Source: Marsupella aquatica
Lineage: Eukaryota > Plantae > Marchantiophyta
NCBI GenBank assembly: GCA_973895155.1
Contig: OZ316895.1
Coordinates: 1,909,659 to 1,973,658, forward strand
DNA length: 64,000 nt
Direction: 5' to 3'
This document shows, piece after piece, positions 12,232 through 25,400 of the stretch. Position numbers and translations under genes: made by a program. A model generated the notes under the pieces. It was not told the origin of the DNA, made no database searches, and saw only the letters and a program-made list of their open reading frames with translations. Position 1 is the stretch's first letter; every line of letters starts with the position of its first letter.

Positions 12232-15200
12232 TATCCTCTGAAGTATGGAATTTCTGATTTACTGCTTTTGTGACTCTCTAGCAGGCTGAGACAGCAGATC
12301 CCTTGAGTTTTGGATTTGTACCAGATATGGAAGAGCCCATTTGATCCAAGTCAATGTTAACTACCTGCTTTCGTGTACTTAACCTTGCTGCTGTGCATGG
12401 AAGTACTGAAGTGCCTAGTAGGCTTTCTGGTTGGATGTTGTCACCATCAATTTTGAAGCATTCCATGGATCAGGCTTATAAAAGTTGTAGCTCAACAACG
12501 GAAAGTCATAAGATTTTCCCGACTGTCGATTGATTTGACCAACGAGTTGGAGTTATTCTGCTGGTGGTACACACGATCGCTGTGCCCATGACCTGCTGCC
12601 TGGATGGGTCTTTGAATTTGGATGAATTTTTTGACAGACATTGAGGAGAGTTGATCACTGGGGTATAGGCAACCTTGCAAGCAATATGTGCGATAGTGGT
12701 TTTCAAAACGGCCATAATTCGAAAAATGGAGACGAGATGGAGAAAGGGACCTGCCATCTTTAAGGCGATCCACTGTCCCCGCTGTGCAAGTCAAAAGCGC
12801 ATCAAATTGAATCATAATATCTGGCTATCTGGCGATGTTGCCTTTAACAGTAAATTCCCCATGACATGTATAGACACGAGGAGTTTGGTTGGAAATGTAT
12901 CTCCCCATGACTTGTAAAAATCAGAAGCATAGGTTTGCAATTGTTTTGTACTTAATTACAGTATCCTGTAAAGTGAGAAGGTTGTAGGCTGTAGTCTTGA
13001 GCATAGATACACAGTACGGGGATATGGATCAGAGTGAGGTGTAGCATGGCAAGCTGATAACATGGCTGGTGTAGAGATGCAAGCAGCTTCCGCTGGCCAT
13101 GTCCAAAGAGAACTGATTCCTCATTGCACAAAGGTTCCGTTGTCTTCTTGGGCCATGTAGTTAAAATGGAAGCCATCTAAAGCACGACGTATATACGGCA
13201 TGGCTGGGTGGGGTTGAGATATGCCCCATTCAACAGCTCCATGAAGTCCTGGAAGACCATGAATAAATCCTTTTTGGCCGTCCATGTAGTTTGTAGAGAA
13301 GGCTGCACCTTCTCAACATCGTTAGTGAAATGAACAGTGGATTGTTCTGTTCTCAATTGTAGGATCAAACACAGGCAAGAGCTCGATTTTGACGAGATAT
13401 TTCCAGCATGGATTAAGAAAGGAAAAGAAGTCATTCTTGTAGATAAATAACAGCAATAACTTTTTTAATGCAAGGGGGAACTTCGGTGAAATTAGACAAG
13501 TATCTCATAGTTTCAATGTCATCCGTCAAGCCATATTTCAAGATAGAAAGTATCTTGAAAATGTGCCCTTGTAGGAGACCCACCCGTCCTGCTTCTGAAA
13601 CTTGAGAAAGTGACGAGCAAATCGTATTGTACATTGACCTGCTGCACTCCACAGTGACTGCTGCTATTTTGAGATGCAAGGCTGTCAACAAGGATCAGCA
13701 TGCGGGCATTGGCACGGTCAGCCAAACACACACATGTTCGAACTCCCCACTTCTGGCTGGCCGGAAGGCTGATTTTAAGTACAATGCTGTAAGGGACTTC
13801 TGTGGAGCACTCTTATCCCAAGATTGTCCCCATACAACTGAGCAGGAACATTCCCTGCCCGGGTACAAGTTATCATGCGAGCTGCAACATCCTCTGGTCT
13901 GAAACCATGTGACAATCTTACTAGTAAATAGCGATAGAAACCTACTTTAGTTAGGTCTAGAGTGAAAACTCTCGCACCTCTGCCTGCCTCACTTATCTAT
14001 GGGGGTGCAGGGAATGGGGACAAAACAAAACTGGGAGTATCAGCAAAATCTATTTCTTGCAAGATTTTTCCTTTTGTACCAGAAGAGAAGCTAGAATGAG
14101 GCCAATGGGTTAGAGTGAAACCTCTGGTAGGGGCAGATGGGTAGCATTGACTGGGTGGGAAATGAAAAAAAAGGCTCTTTTGTTTTGACCAATTATTGAC
14201 GTCCAAAGGACTACACATTATGACATTCTTAACTAGTCTGCCCATGCTAAAGAACCAGGTGTATATGGTATACACATGTTTCCGAGGCTGCTATATGGGG
14301 GGGACACTCTTTGGCTATCTTGTCTCATTGAATTTGATTGAAACTTATTTTTTTGTTAATCTGGCCTAGTGGATGCTTTTGCCATGTACTATTTAGAATT
14401 TAGTCATTTTTGGCAGCCCCTTTAGTTTTTTTCATTTCCTTAATTTTTATTAGGTCCCCTGTATTTTATTCAACATTTTGAGGGGGCATATTTCCTTATT
14501 TGCTTGAGAAGGTTAGGCCATCAACCAAGAAACTACTGTAGTATTCTATTTATTGATGAGTACACTTTATATGTCATTGGTTATAAAATTTACCTTGTGC
14601 ATGGTTTACTGATCAACAGGTGTCACCTAAATAGAGAGCCCCAAATAGAACAAAAAATGACAACATGAAAAGGTTCAGGCTCTTTTCTTTGAATCATAAA
14701 GTGCTCTACCTATACAAGTACATTTACTAGTACCCTGAAATTAATGCACTTGTCTAAAGTGTTATACTTTTCTCACTTTTAAAAAGATGTGTAGTTTTTT
14801 CATTAACTTTCTTATAATTATTCTTTCAATATTATTTTTCATAAACAAGTCAAATTAAAATGTCTCCCCACATAACTCTTTATGAATTGTTTCAATTCTT
14901 TTAGATAAGTCAAATAGGTATGTAGTAGGATGAACATGCTATATGGTATACATCTAGTGTACTTCCTCGACTCATTAGGCTATATTAAAAAATGAGAGAA
15001 AAGAGACAGGATAGGAGATGGCCCACCCTGCATGAGAGAAAGTGCTTTTCGAGATAGGCCCAAAATTCCTCCTTGCCATGGGCTCTCTGAAAGCCTTTCT
15101 GTCCTGACTATATTTGCACATTCTAATCAAATTGAGACAACTTCCCAATAGGTTGTGCACCATATATGCTCTGAGTCTGCTGGTTGATTTAGATGTACAA

Positions 15201-15604
15201 GTTTAACAGAATGATGAGAGTCAAAGCCGCTTACATATAGCTGCTTCAGCCCAGCCCAGCATCTAGATGCATTTGGGTAGCTATGTAATTGACTGGGCCC
15301 AGGTGGAAATACGTGGAGTCTTCATGCGAACAATGTAGATCTAGGGAAAATTCACTGTTAAGATCCAACCAACCAATGTGATTATTGATTGGATCAATGA
15401 GCCACACATTTCCCATGTTTGAGTCTACCAGCGATGAAAATGTGGCATGGATCACTAAACCCATGAAGAGAAAAGTTATTGCAACAAGATTTCCAACTAA
15501 CCTGGGATGGCAAGGGTGTGTTTGGAGTCAATCTAAATTCATTGGTCATTCAATAATGAATGGGTGAACTCACAACCCAGCAAGGATGTCTTGTCTAGAT
15601 CATG

Positions 15605-18600
15605 CTCTGGGCCCTCACTTTTAGTATATTAAGTGAACCCCCTGAGAATGTAAGTGGTGGACCTCGCCACCCAGCGCCCTCACCAATCCCAGCACTAGCG
15701 CCTAAGTGCCCTTGGTGCCCGAACGCCTCCACGGAATACCTCGAGCAAGCATCCAAGTGCCTCTAGCACCACCTGCGGCCACTCCCATACGAAGCCGCAC
15801 TTGCTCACCTACACGACCGCTGCTCAACGGTCCTCATTGTCAGCACAAACAACCAAGCACCTCGGTAAGTAACCCCTCCGGACCTAGAACTCGCCCAATC
15901 TAGCATCCTAACTCAAGCTCAACAGACGTTGGTAAACAGGTCAGCGATAGGTCCTCCCGATGCCATAAGCCGGAACCAGAACCCACGCCCACTGTCCGTC
16001 CAGGACAACTCCTTCCTGGGCGCGGCCCGGGTTCCCCCTCGTACCTATCAATCACCAACTGACCACCCTGACCTCAAGACATGCTCATGGCCCGAATAAC
16101 GTAGCTTGTCCTAAAGCTTGTCCCAAGCTTGTCTCAACACGTCGGGACCAGAACGGCCCCGACTCTAACAACCGCTCCCGGTTCGCCCCACTGATGGTCT
16201 AGGGACCGAGTGCCCTTGGGACTCAGCCTCCATACCTACTTGGCCTTGCCTCCCCAATGCAAGCTCCCTTGGGAGGCTGAACGCGGCTTGGCTGCTGTTC
16301 GGCAGGATTTGGCAAGCGGGCGAGTTGACACCCGCAGAACACGAGAATCCATGGCACCCCCAGACCTAGCTGAGCTCAAGAGGGTGTAGCCCTCCTCAAG
16401 AGATTTACAACGCACCTAAGAAGTCCTCCAACAGACTTTCCATTGGGAAGATATCGCCATTTCCGTTTGGCGGTTTTCCTTAGTGTCGCGACCGCCGCAA
16501 CTCACGACTTCGGGCCCTTAGCCCCCAGGGAGATACCACTCCCCTCATATATGATTCTGGAGACCTGCCACCCCCGGACCAGCTTTGGTCCCTAAACGTT
16601 TGGCCCCCAACCCGGATCCCATCGCGCACCACCAACTGGCAACGCAAATAACTTTCTTGATAGGCATCCGCAAGCGGAGTGCCTTAGCCCGTTGTGATCG
16701 GGCCAACCCAGTGCTCATGCCTAGGCCCTCAGGTCTGATCGCCGCTCGAGGCTCCCGACCGGCCCAACCCGGATCGGGCCACAACTTGCGCCACAAGCGT
16801 CCGTTGCCAAAGGCGTCAACTCCATTGGCCTTGGGCCCAAGAGGAGCTCACTCCCAAGCCCTCAGAACTCAAAGTCCATCCGACAGTCCGGACGACCATC
16901 CTTGAGCCCGGCCCATTTCCCCTTGACCCAACCAGCCATAGGCTAGTCCAAGTCCTTAGTGTGTGTCCCCAGCTTGGCCCCTTGCCTCGCTAGTGCCACG
17001 TCTCATTGCCCGCAAGTCTCCCCATGCTAAGTCCTCCCCGGATGGCCTATCCGGGCTTGGACCATAAGGGAGCTCGGCGTCGGAGTCAGCGATGCCGGAG
17101 CTAAGTGTCAAGGTAGTCGAGTTCCGCGACTATGTACCCCTTTTGGCACCCTTTATTATTATTATCACATAAAAAAACTCTTGTTAATATAAAAATATTA
17201 AATTTACCATTAAATTACATTCTTATGTAATTTATAATAGAATTTTTCAGAGAATTACAAACGCCTCTGTATTTTTGGAATATATAGATCCATGCCTCAT
17301 CCATAGGCTCACCCTAAAATCCCAAACCTAAATCAAGTCCTTAACCAAGCCCGCTCTAAAGATCTTGGCCCCAACATTTAAATGACTCTCAATTGCCCGG
17401 GGCTCCTCCCCAGACCCATTCACACCAAGTTGTAGGCCTAAAAGTTTCATTCAAACCTTAATATTGCTTTAGAATAGCATTAGGGAGCCTTAGGATAGCA
17501 TTTAATTAATCACCCACTTTACAATCTGTACATGCATGTACCAATGAGGTGTTGACACATGGGCCAATCATGCAATGACACGTGTACTTGTAATTTTGAG
17601 AACCCTTGCATAGAAAATGAGTGGCATGTGTTTAATAAAAGACTTACTACTTAAAATATGTCATATATATATATTGGGATGTTAATTAATTTTAATATTA
17701 TTATAAAAATTAGTTTACATTCAATTTAAAATACCGTGGTGGGACCTAACTTAAAGCGCCCATGTACTGATAGGTTGTCCATGAAGCCCCCATGGATATA
17801 TGAAATTTGGATGGACTAGGCTAAAACATAAAAATATGCATGGATATTAGTGTTTACTTTTCTGTCCAATCATATAGTGTCAATGACCAAAGTAGTCCAA
17901 AGATTTTCTCTGTCACTAACCGTGTACTCATTCATGTCTTAAAAATAATTTGTCAGAGGCCAGAGCACTTTGATTGAAATCTTGGATCCATTCCCCCAAT
18001 ACACTTCAATAAAAATATGAAATATAAAGTACATTTAGGTCCTTATATAAATACCTGCTTTGGCCTTCATAGTTTATAGAACTTTGAGTAAATTCAGTGC
18101 CTCACATTTTACTCATACTGCCTCAAGTAATCTGCTCAATGATAATATACCAAATGAACTTAATTTACTCAAAATATATTTGTTAATGTTTATAAGCCTC
18201 GCTAAAGGGGAAGCAAGCAACACAATGACTCATGAACCAAAGCAACAATTCTCACCAAGGAGGCTATGGGGCAAATCTAAAGCCCAAATAACCTCAATTT
18301 TTTAAAATGGATTCATATTTTTCTACACACTTTCTTAAGATTCTAGGGCATTGACACTTTGTGGAATGAGTATACTACTTTCCAAAATGTTTTTACATAA
18401 TCTTGTATTTTATATAACATAGCTCTTGTTTCCGGGATTGTAGAATTTCTTTTCATTGCGGAGCTAAAGGGAATTGAATTTGCATGAGCATTGTTGCTGA
18501 ATACTATTTTTGAGAGACCATTGTTTTTGTTATAAATAATTTTTGACTGATTTATTGCTATTGATCTACTTGAGATTTTTTGGGGGAGTATTGTTGATGA

Positions 18601-19649
18601 CCCATTTTTTAGAGAGCACTCCTCTTGTTACAAGGAGCACTTTGAGTACTTTGACATGACGGAGCTGCGAAAGATTTTAAATGTGCATCATCACTCCATT
18701 ATTTTCATTGACATTCTCATTTTGACTTTGAGGTGAGCACATAATGTTCTTAGGCTGACAGAAATATAGGTAAATAATTAATGAGTAAATTTACCATCCA
18801 TTTGCAATTGGGCTGTATCATAAGGACATGTAAAATGGTCTCTCCCCTGTTACAGTCCATGGGGATAGTTGGGGCCAACGTAGCAGTCCATCCGGGCTTT
18901 TGTTAGAAACCAATTTGGAATGTAGAGACTTAGTTCTTGGCTGCAATATATTCTCTGGTCTTCAGAGGAACCTTGCTATATATAGTTGGTGGCACGTACT
19001 CCCAATATTAATATTAGGAGGACTTTACAAGAAGTGGGGGCACTTGGGAGTTTTTTTCACCAATTGAAAGCAAACTGGAGGGCCATTTCACACACTAGAT
19101 GTAGCGTCCTGGGGCTAAAAACATTTTTTGAATCCAAGGTCTTGTAAAGCCAAGTGCATCCAATGGTGCCAACTTAATTTACTAAAAGACATATTGAGTA
19201 TCCATTCCACTTGAATGTCTAATCTTTGGCTGAAGTCTTTCTAGATGTGAGAATAGAAGATCTTATGAATGACTTGTGGGTCTCCTTTTCAAGCAAATTA
19301 CTTAAAAATAGAAATGGACCAAGAGGCCAAAGAAGAGACCACCGAGAAAGATGGTAAATCTAGGACAAAAGAGTGCTCCACATAAGCAAATATTAGACCA
19401 AACTACATTCCATGTAGGATTGGTAAGGTAAGAGTGCTCCACATAAGCAAATATTAGGCCAAACTACATTCCATGTAGGATTGGTAAGGTTTGGTGGAAA
19501 GTGCCCCAAACCTTTTGTAATTAAAGTGAACAGCAGCGATTTCTCGCAAATTTCTCCCAAATGGATGGCCTCGATTAGATGTTGGAGACAAAAAAAGATT
19601 GGAACCTGCCCCCAACTTCTTGTAAAGCAAGCCTAACGAAGGCCCAGGG
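15605..19649. mobile_element. Non-autonomous TIR element (4045 bp) related to the giant transposon
   Basis: Left end ctctgggccctcactt (15605); right end gaaggcccaggg (19649). Flanks are agatcatg (15597-15604) and agatcacg (19650-19657), a 7/8 TSD differing at a CpG. No recognisable coding ORF inside. Confidence 0.75.
19369..19490. repeat. 61-bp tandem duplication near the right end of the non-autonomous element
   Basis: aagagtgctccacataagcaaatattag(a/g)ccaaactacattccatgtaggattggtaaggt occurs twice. Confidence 0.9.
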
Positions 19650-21155
19650 AGATCACGTACCATAGTACGCTAGCACTATAGGCACGAATTGTCTTGCAAG
19701 TGATTAAGGATTCTGATGACCTGGCCACTCTGAGACATCCTTTGATGTATAAAAACGAAGGGCGAGAGATCGACTCAACGTCTGATTCTGTACCCAAATG
19801 ACTCGTATCCAGTTTTATCGATTCCCAATCACACTGATTATACTTTTGAGATGTGTCACCAAACCAGTGCAGCAGCGAATTAGGAGCGAGCAATTGAGTC
19901 TTGGACTGAGCATAGATCCCAGCAGATGGATCTGCTTGCCTTCAATTTGATCATGATGCAAGAGAACACATCGACGACGAATTATGGTGACAGATCGTAC
20001 TGTCTGTGCACCTGAATTGCTATGCATGCTTTCCTCGATCACTCTCCGGAGTAACAGCTACATAAGTATGTGCGAAGAATAGAAAATGAACCACAGTATA
20101 TACAGGAGCTCCTGTTCTAAGAATCAGTACACTAGAATGATGTTGCATGGGAAGTACGAAGATATAATTATACCAACATCCTCCAGGCCGACACGAGAAA
20201 TGCGGCGCAACTCACGAACGGATGAGAGTTCAAGGTCGGCAACAATAATATATCAGGTCCGACAAAAGGCATCTTATATATATGTCGACCGTCAAGTCAT
20301 ATGATAAGAGTACTTGTGTTGCCCAGCAGGTGGGTGTCCAATAGGAGTAAGCAAAGCACTCGGATGTCTACGTTCCTGATTGTCGTGATTGAACCTCGGT
20401 TAACTGGCCAACATTATTCTCAGACAAAAGATTATTAGCATATATGCCACCAAAATAGCTGGATATGCGGAGAGTACAATGATGTGCGACAACCTACCGT
20501 AACACACCAGGAAGGAAACTAAGGAGACTTTCCTGCCTAGAAAAGGTCGATCGGATCGAACTTTCGACCTGGTTTGAATTTGATGTTGATTTATTTAATA
20601 TCTACACCTGAATGAATCGAACGATCTTAGGCAGCTGGTTGATTTTGGGGTCTTCCGGCCCACAGAATCCAGTTTTCGTCAATGCTTCCCACCCTTGTGA
20701 CTAGCTGCTGACTCTCATGCTCGACGTTCCTTTGCATTTGATCCAATCCATCGATCAGCCTAGCGGCCCGCTTAGAGGAGATCTCTTGCTAACTGCAGTA
20801 TTCAGTCGAAGATTTATTAGATTTTTGGTTACCCGAGCGTAGGCTAAACTGGCTGTTTTAGAGGTAATTCACTTTGACTTTCACGATAGGGTTGTCGATG
20901 ACTCTATCTAAGAGATGTCAAATGCATTCAGATTTATTGTTCATTGAGTCTCCATCGAGATAGCTAGTGATTGTACCCTCCTTCGGACCAATTGATCAAA
21001 CTTTACAGTATCTGTCATGAATTGTTAGCTAGCTGTGAATTCAACGAAGTGAGTCAATTCTTTGCCAGTGTTAGTAGACGTCTGGCAACCTCGATCTGGG
21101 GAGGATTCACAGAACTTCCAGATAGCCACGAACAGTGAGCCTTGTAGTGGTCCAG

Positions 21156-22490
21156 ATGGGCCAATGCTTGTCTTTTGTACGTCCAGGATGGAGGAAGGTA
21201 CAATCCGCGAGCATGCAGAAGGGTTCCACAGATGTTAAGTCGACCTCAGCTAGATCACGTAATGCTATCGGACTCTACTCTCTACGGGCAAAGCGACGAC
21301 AATCTCTTAGTCAGCGTTTGAGTAACGCTACGGACGAATATGCAGCGGAAGCTGCGAGTGGTTTTTTCAGTGTGTCGGATGTTTCTAAAGCTTCCGGAAG
21401 TCCTGCCGCTGGGGCACCAAAAGGTAAAGAGCACCAAACGTTTGGAAGGCTCATCGCCCAGGAAGCTATAATCGAGGCTATGTGGAAGACTACCGAGCGC
21501 CTAGTTTCTCCAGGAAAGCCATCACCTAGGCCATCACCTAGGCCATCACCTAGCCCTATCTTTTCATCGAAGGCTTCTGGAGATGGCCCTAGAAAGAATT
21601 CCCCAGCACACCAAAAATCGGGAGAGATTACGCCTGTAGCCCCCGACTCAGTTGCTAGCGGATTGAACATCAAAGGCAGACGTTCGTTAGAGAGACTAAG
21701 ACAGCTCCCACCAGACGACCCACGGAGTCTTCAAAAGAGCAGGTCCAGCAAGGACCGGAGGGAATCGAACCAATCTTCCTCCGGTCCCGTCGACTTCGAT
21801 TTCCTCGTACAGAAAGCATCCAGCGACAACTCCAAACAACCTTCTCAAGCTCGTAGAGATGTTGAATGTCCAGCGCCCAGTTCAGAGCCTACCCAGCAGG
21901 TGAACGGTTCTGAAAGTGTACGCCCCAGTTCGCTAAGTGCCAAGGACTTGAATGACTTTTCAAAGTCTTATAGGGAGTCAGCGGCCAAGGCAGCAGCGCG
22001 AGACCGAGATGCCTTCAAGTATATAAGCTCCAGCGAGAATGATCTCTCCATAACAAGCTCAGTGGGGGCGTCTCCTGCTGCGAGGCCCAGGAGAAGGCGC
22101 CAGAGCAGGAGTGCAAGTAGTTATAGTGGTCCTGATGAAGAATTGAGAGAAAGTCCTTCCGAAATGGTGGTGAAACATAGTGGTGCCGACCGCAAACAGA
22201 AAGCCATCAGTTCCCCGTTACCCAGGCCTGTTGGACTCATCAGACACAAATCTTCTCCGTCAATTCCCCGAGGTACGCCTCCAGTCGAGGCCAAGCCTGT
22301 TGGCCTCACAAGAATCAGGTCTTCTCCGAGCTCACTGCATCGAGCTGGTTTAACAGCAGCTGATGCGCAAGCGCAGGCAAGGCAGAAGTTTGGTGAGGCC
22401 TCGTTAGTAGCCAGAGCAGGAAAGCCGAGCAGTTTAACTCAGAGTTCAACTCAAATCAGAAGGGTAGAACGTGCTATTCCTGATCGATGA
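21156..22490 (+). CDS. Uncharacterised Ser/Pro/Arg-rich, probably disordered protein with an N-terminal MGQC acylation-like motif
   Basis: Uninterrupted 451-codon ORF; first ATG at 21156 (MGQCLSF). Contains an SPRPSPRPSP repeat and duplicated PVGLxRxxSSPS motifs. Family not recognised. Confidence 0.7.
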   Translation: MGQCLSFVRPGWRKVQSASMQKGSTDVKSTSARSRNAIGLYSLRAKRRQSLSQRLSNATDEYAAEAASGFFSVSDVSKASGSPAAGAPKGKEHQTFGRLIAQEAIIEAMWKTTERLVSPGKPSPRPSPRPSPSPIFSSKASGDGPRKNSPAHQKSGEITPVAPDSVASGLNIKGRRSLERLRQLPPDDPRSLQKSRSSKDRRESNQSSSGPVDFDFLVQKASSDNSKQPSQARRDVECPAPSSEPTQQVNGSESVRPSSLSAKDLNDFSKSYRESAAKAAARDRDAFKYISSSENDLSITSSVGASPAARPRRRRQSRSASSYSGPDEELRESPSEMVVKHSGADRKQKAISSPLPRPVGLIRHKSSPSIPRGTPPVEAKPVGLTRIRSSPSSLHRAGLTAADAQAQARQKFGEASLVARAGKPSSLTQSSTQIRRVERAIPDR

Positions 22491-25400
22491 CAATCTTCCA
22501 AAACACTTCGGGTCTTAGCAACAAAACCCGGATGGAGATTTTCCTAAGAGGGCAAACGAAGCTGTCCAGTCCAATCCAGACCGTCCCGAAAATGCAAAAT
22601 GAATATTAGTAAGACTAAGCTGATCTCAGTTTCATCGTGGACCACGGCAGCGAGAGGCGACGAGATTCTTTGAAATGACGCTCCAAATATCAGGGCAGAG
22701 GTACGGACTTCACTTCCCATTATCCCAGCTCACTCGAATTTCTAGGCAACTAGCCGACCTCAAGGAAGATAGAATTATACATAAATACACAGTCAATCAG
22801 ACCATCGTTCGTCAAGGCATGATCATGGGGATGAAGAATATACGGCTTGGGTGGCTTGGAATCAGTGGGCAGCGGATCGTTAAGAAACTGGTGAGGACAG
22901 TAAATGCTAGTTTGTATACACGGACAGGATCCACCCGTCGTCCATACTCGCCCGAGAAATCTACAGTGGAAATGTGTAATTACAAAAGCCTGGTGTCTAG
23001 GTGCGTTATCGAGTGCCAAAGAGGACTCTAGCTTTTGGATTCTCAAGTAACTATCGAGATTGTGACACCGTCTAATCTTCTGCTTAAGTAACTTGAGGAT
23101 ATTTTACTCCAGCGTCGATAGCTTAATTGCAGATTCTCATGCCGCCTGCATTGATAGCTTAATTACATCAACGAAAATACTCGAGTTCGCCGACATCGAC
23201 CCTCGATGGCAACGTGTTTAGGTTCTCGAGCCCTCTACACCAATTAACAAATTGATAGGGTATCACCTGAAGGTATTCAAATTACAGCAACAGGTTGAAG
23301 GATGAAGGCTTTCAGATTCACGACTCTTTAGAATTCACGCATTCATTTGGCATTGCTGAGAATTTGATCCATCAGCTGGTCTACCACGAGTGGCTCGAAC
23401 CCCCCTGAGTGGGCAGCTCTCAAATTGTCGGCCCGAATTGACACTTTCATGTTGCAATAGAGTCAGAGCTTGATGAAGACTGCAGCTACTCGACCATCCG
23501 TGGCTCGTTTCTCGATTCAAACCCTCAGGTGAACGAGATTCGTCAGATTCTATCGCCCTCCCCAAATGTCAGGCGATGACGAGTACATTGGAAAGACAGT
23601 GTATGATCTGGATGCAGAAAATAAGTTCATGGTCCAATGAGAGGCAAATATGTGTATGGCCTGGGTTTTGATGATGGACAACTACAGATGAAACTGTAGA
23701 TCAAGAAAATTATTCGACGTTTAAGCCTTAGTTGGCCAAGTCTTGCTCGAGTCGGAACGCCTTGTCAAATGGCTTTTGTGGCACAGACCCTGTTAAATCT
23801 TTTTCTCTAGAAGCATTTTCTCTAGAAGCATTGTTGAAAATGCGGAGCTACGGCAGGGACATGCATTTGAGAGGAGGCTCCTCTCGTCCCGACACTAAAA
23901 TGAATATTTCCTGTTGAAAAAATTGGCTGCACCTGCTTTCTTCATATCTTTCTGTGTAAATCTTTTCTCAAATTAACATTGATCTTCTTTGTGCGCCACA
24001 AGCTAATGGTGCCGTGTCAAAACTGGTGATCAGCTTTGTGACTGTCGCACTTTGTAGGTATGGACCCGCAATTGAAATGCTATTCGACTGGTTACTCCGT
24101 CATCTTCTTGGGGCAAGAATAGTCTAGGCATCCCCCGGGAAATAGTCTAAGCATATATCTGAGAACATTCACTCATCAGTGTTGACATAGTTGCTTTGTC
24201 AAGCTTATCAAAAAAGAGGGGTGATCGAAGTTATCGAGACGGAACTCGTTCAGTCGTCGTTCACCACCCTTGTATCTAATAAAAGTACATTTTCTATTAC
24301 TGTGATGATGCATATTGTGTAAAGTTTATATTTTTGCGCTAGAGGTCGTTGGAGTTCTCCACCCTAAATTTGACCGGTTCTTACAGACTTGTGCTCTATT
24401 GAGCAGCATCCCCTGTGTCTCTCCTCATGGTCTTCTTTAGGCTTAGGGTGTCCGTCTCATTTCAGAGGGCTGAGGCTGTCACCATTCTTTGCAGATCAAG
24501 CTGAGGCAATTGGTTTAATTTACTGTAGAAACTCTTAACAGATTACTCTTTGTGGTGCGGTTTACTCCACAAGTCTACCAAGCTTTTCAGTTTTCTGCCC
24601 TGAAGAATTCGATTTCTACTGGGTTTCTAAGTGTACTTTTTGTTCTTTAGTACCTATGGGGGTCTCTGGGGCTTGTTGGACCCTTTGGTTTATTGAGTTC
24701 TTTTCCTTTCCCCTCCTTATCTTTCTCCCCTGATCGTGTCTCCCCATTTGGCACTTTGTCCTTTTGCCCTTTCGTCAGTGTGATATGTATATTTATTCCG
24801 TCCTGACTCCCTAATTGGCACTTTTGTCCGTGATATTTCTTCTGTCCTAAAAAGAAGTGTGAGTTTGAAAAATGTCACTAATAATGTAAAGATTTCATAA
24901 AAAGAGATGATGGACTTTGCTACAGCCGGCAACTTTAATTAAATACCGCTGCTGCGGTCCTGCCTCACCAAACTGACACATCTTGACTACCGTATAAATA
25001 ACTGGCTGACATGTGGAGAATACTTACACTAGATTCTTGTAGAGTATACTGGCCATGGTATTTAGTGTGAGTGAACAATTAGTGTGACACCAAAACTAGA
25101 GTGAATACATAAACTTCTTTTACTAGGAATCACACTAACTACAGTAAGTATGTCACTTCACATCATTTATGGGAAAATAAATGTTATGAAAAACGAACCC
25201 TGCAGAAGCATAATGCAAATATAAAGTCTGGATGGACCCAGACATTGTCCTTGCCCATCCCCACCACGGACCGCCTAAAGCAATTGTTGCTTTCACACCA
25301 AAAAGTAAAAGACCAAAAAGATAAAAGAACTGGTTGCGAACCTTGAGTACTTTGTGGAAAAAGTAGGCAAGACATCATGATTTCAATTTCCACTACCTAA

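Noticed and set aside
12760-12800. GDSGSP serine-protease-like motif on the minus strand
   Set aside because: It is flanked by stops, with no His or Asp motifs nearby, so it is probably chance.
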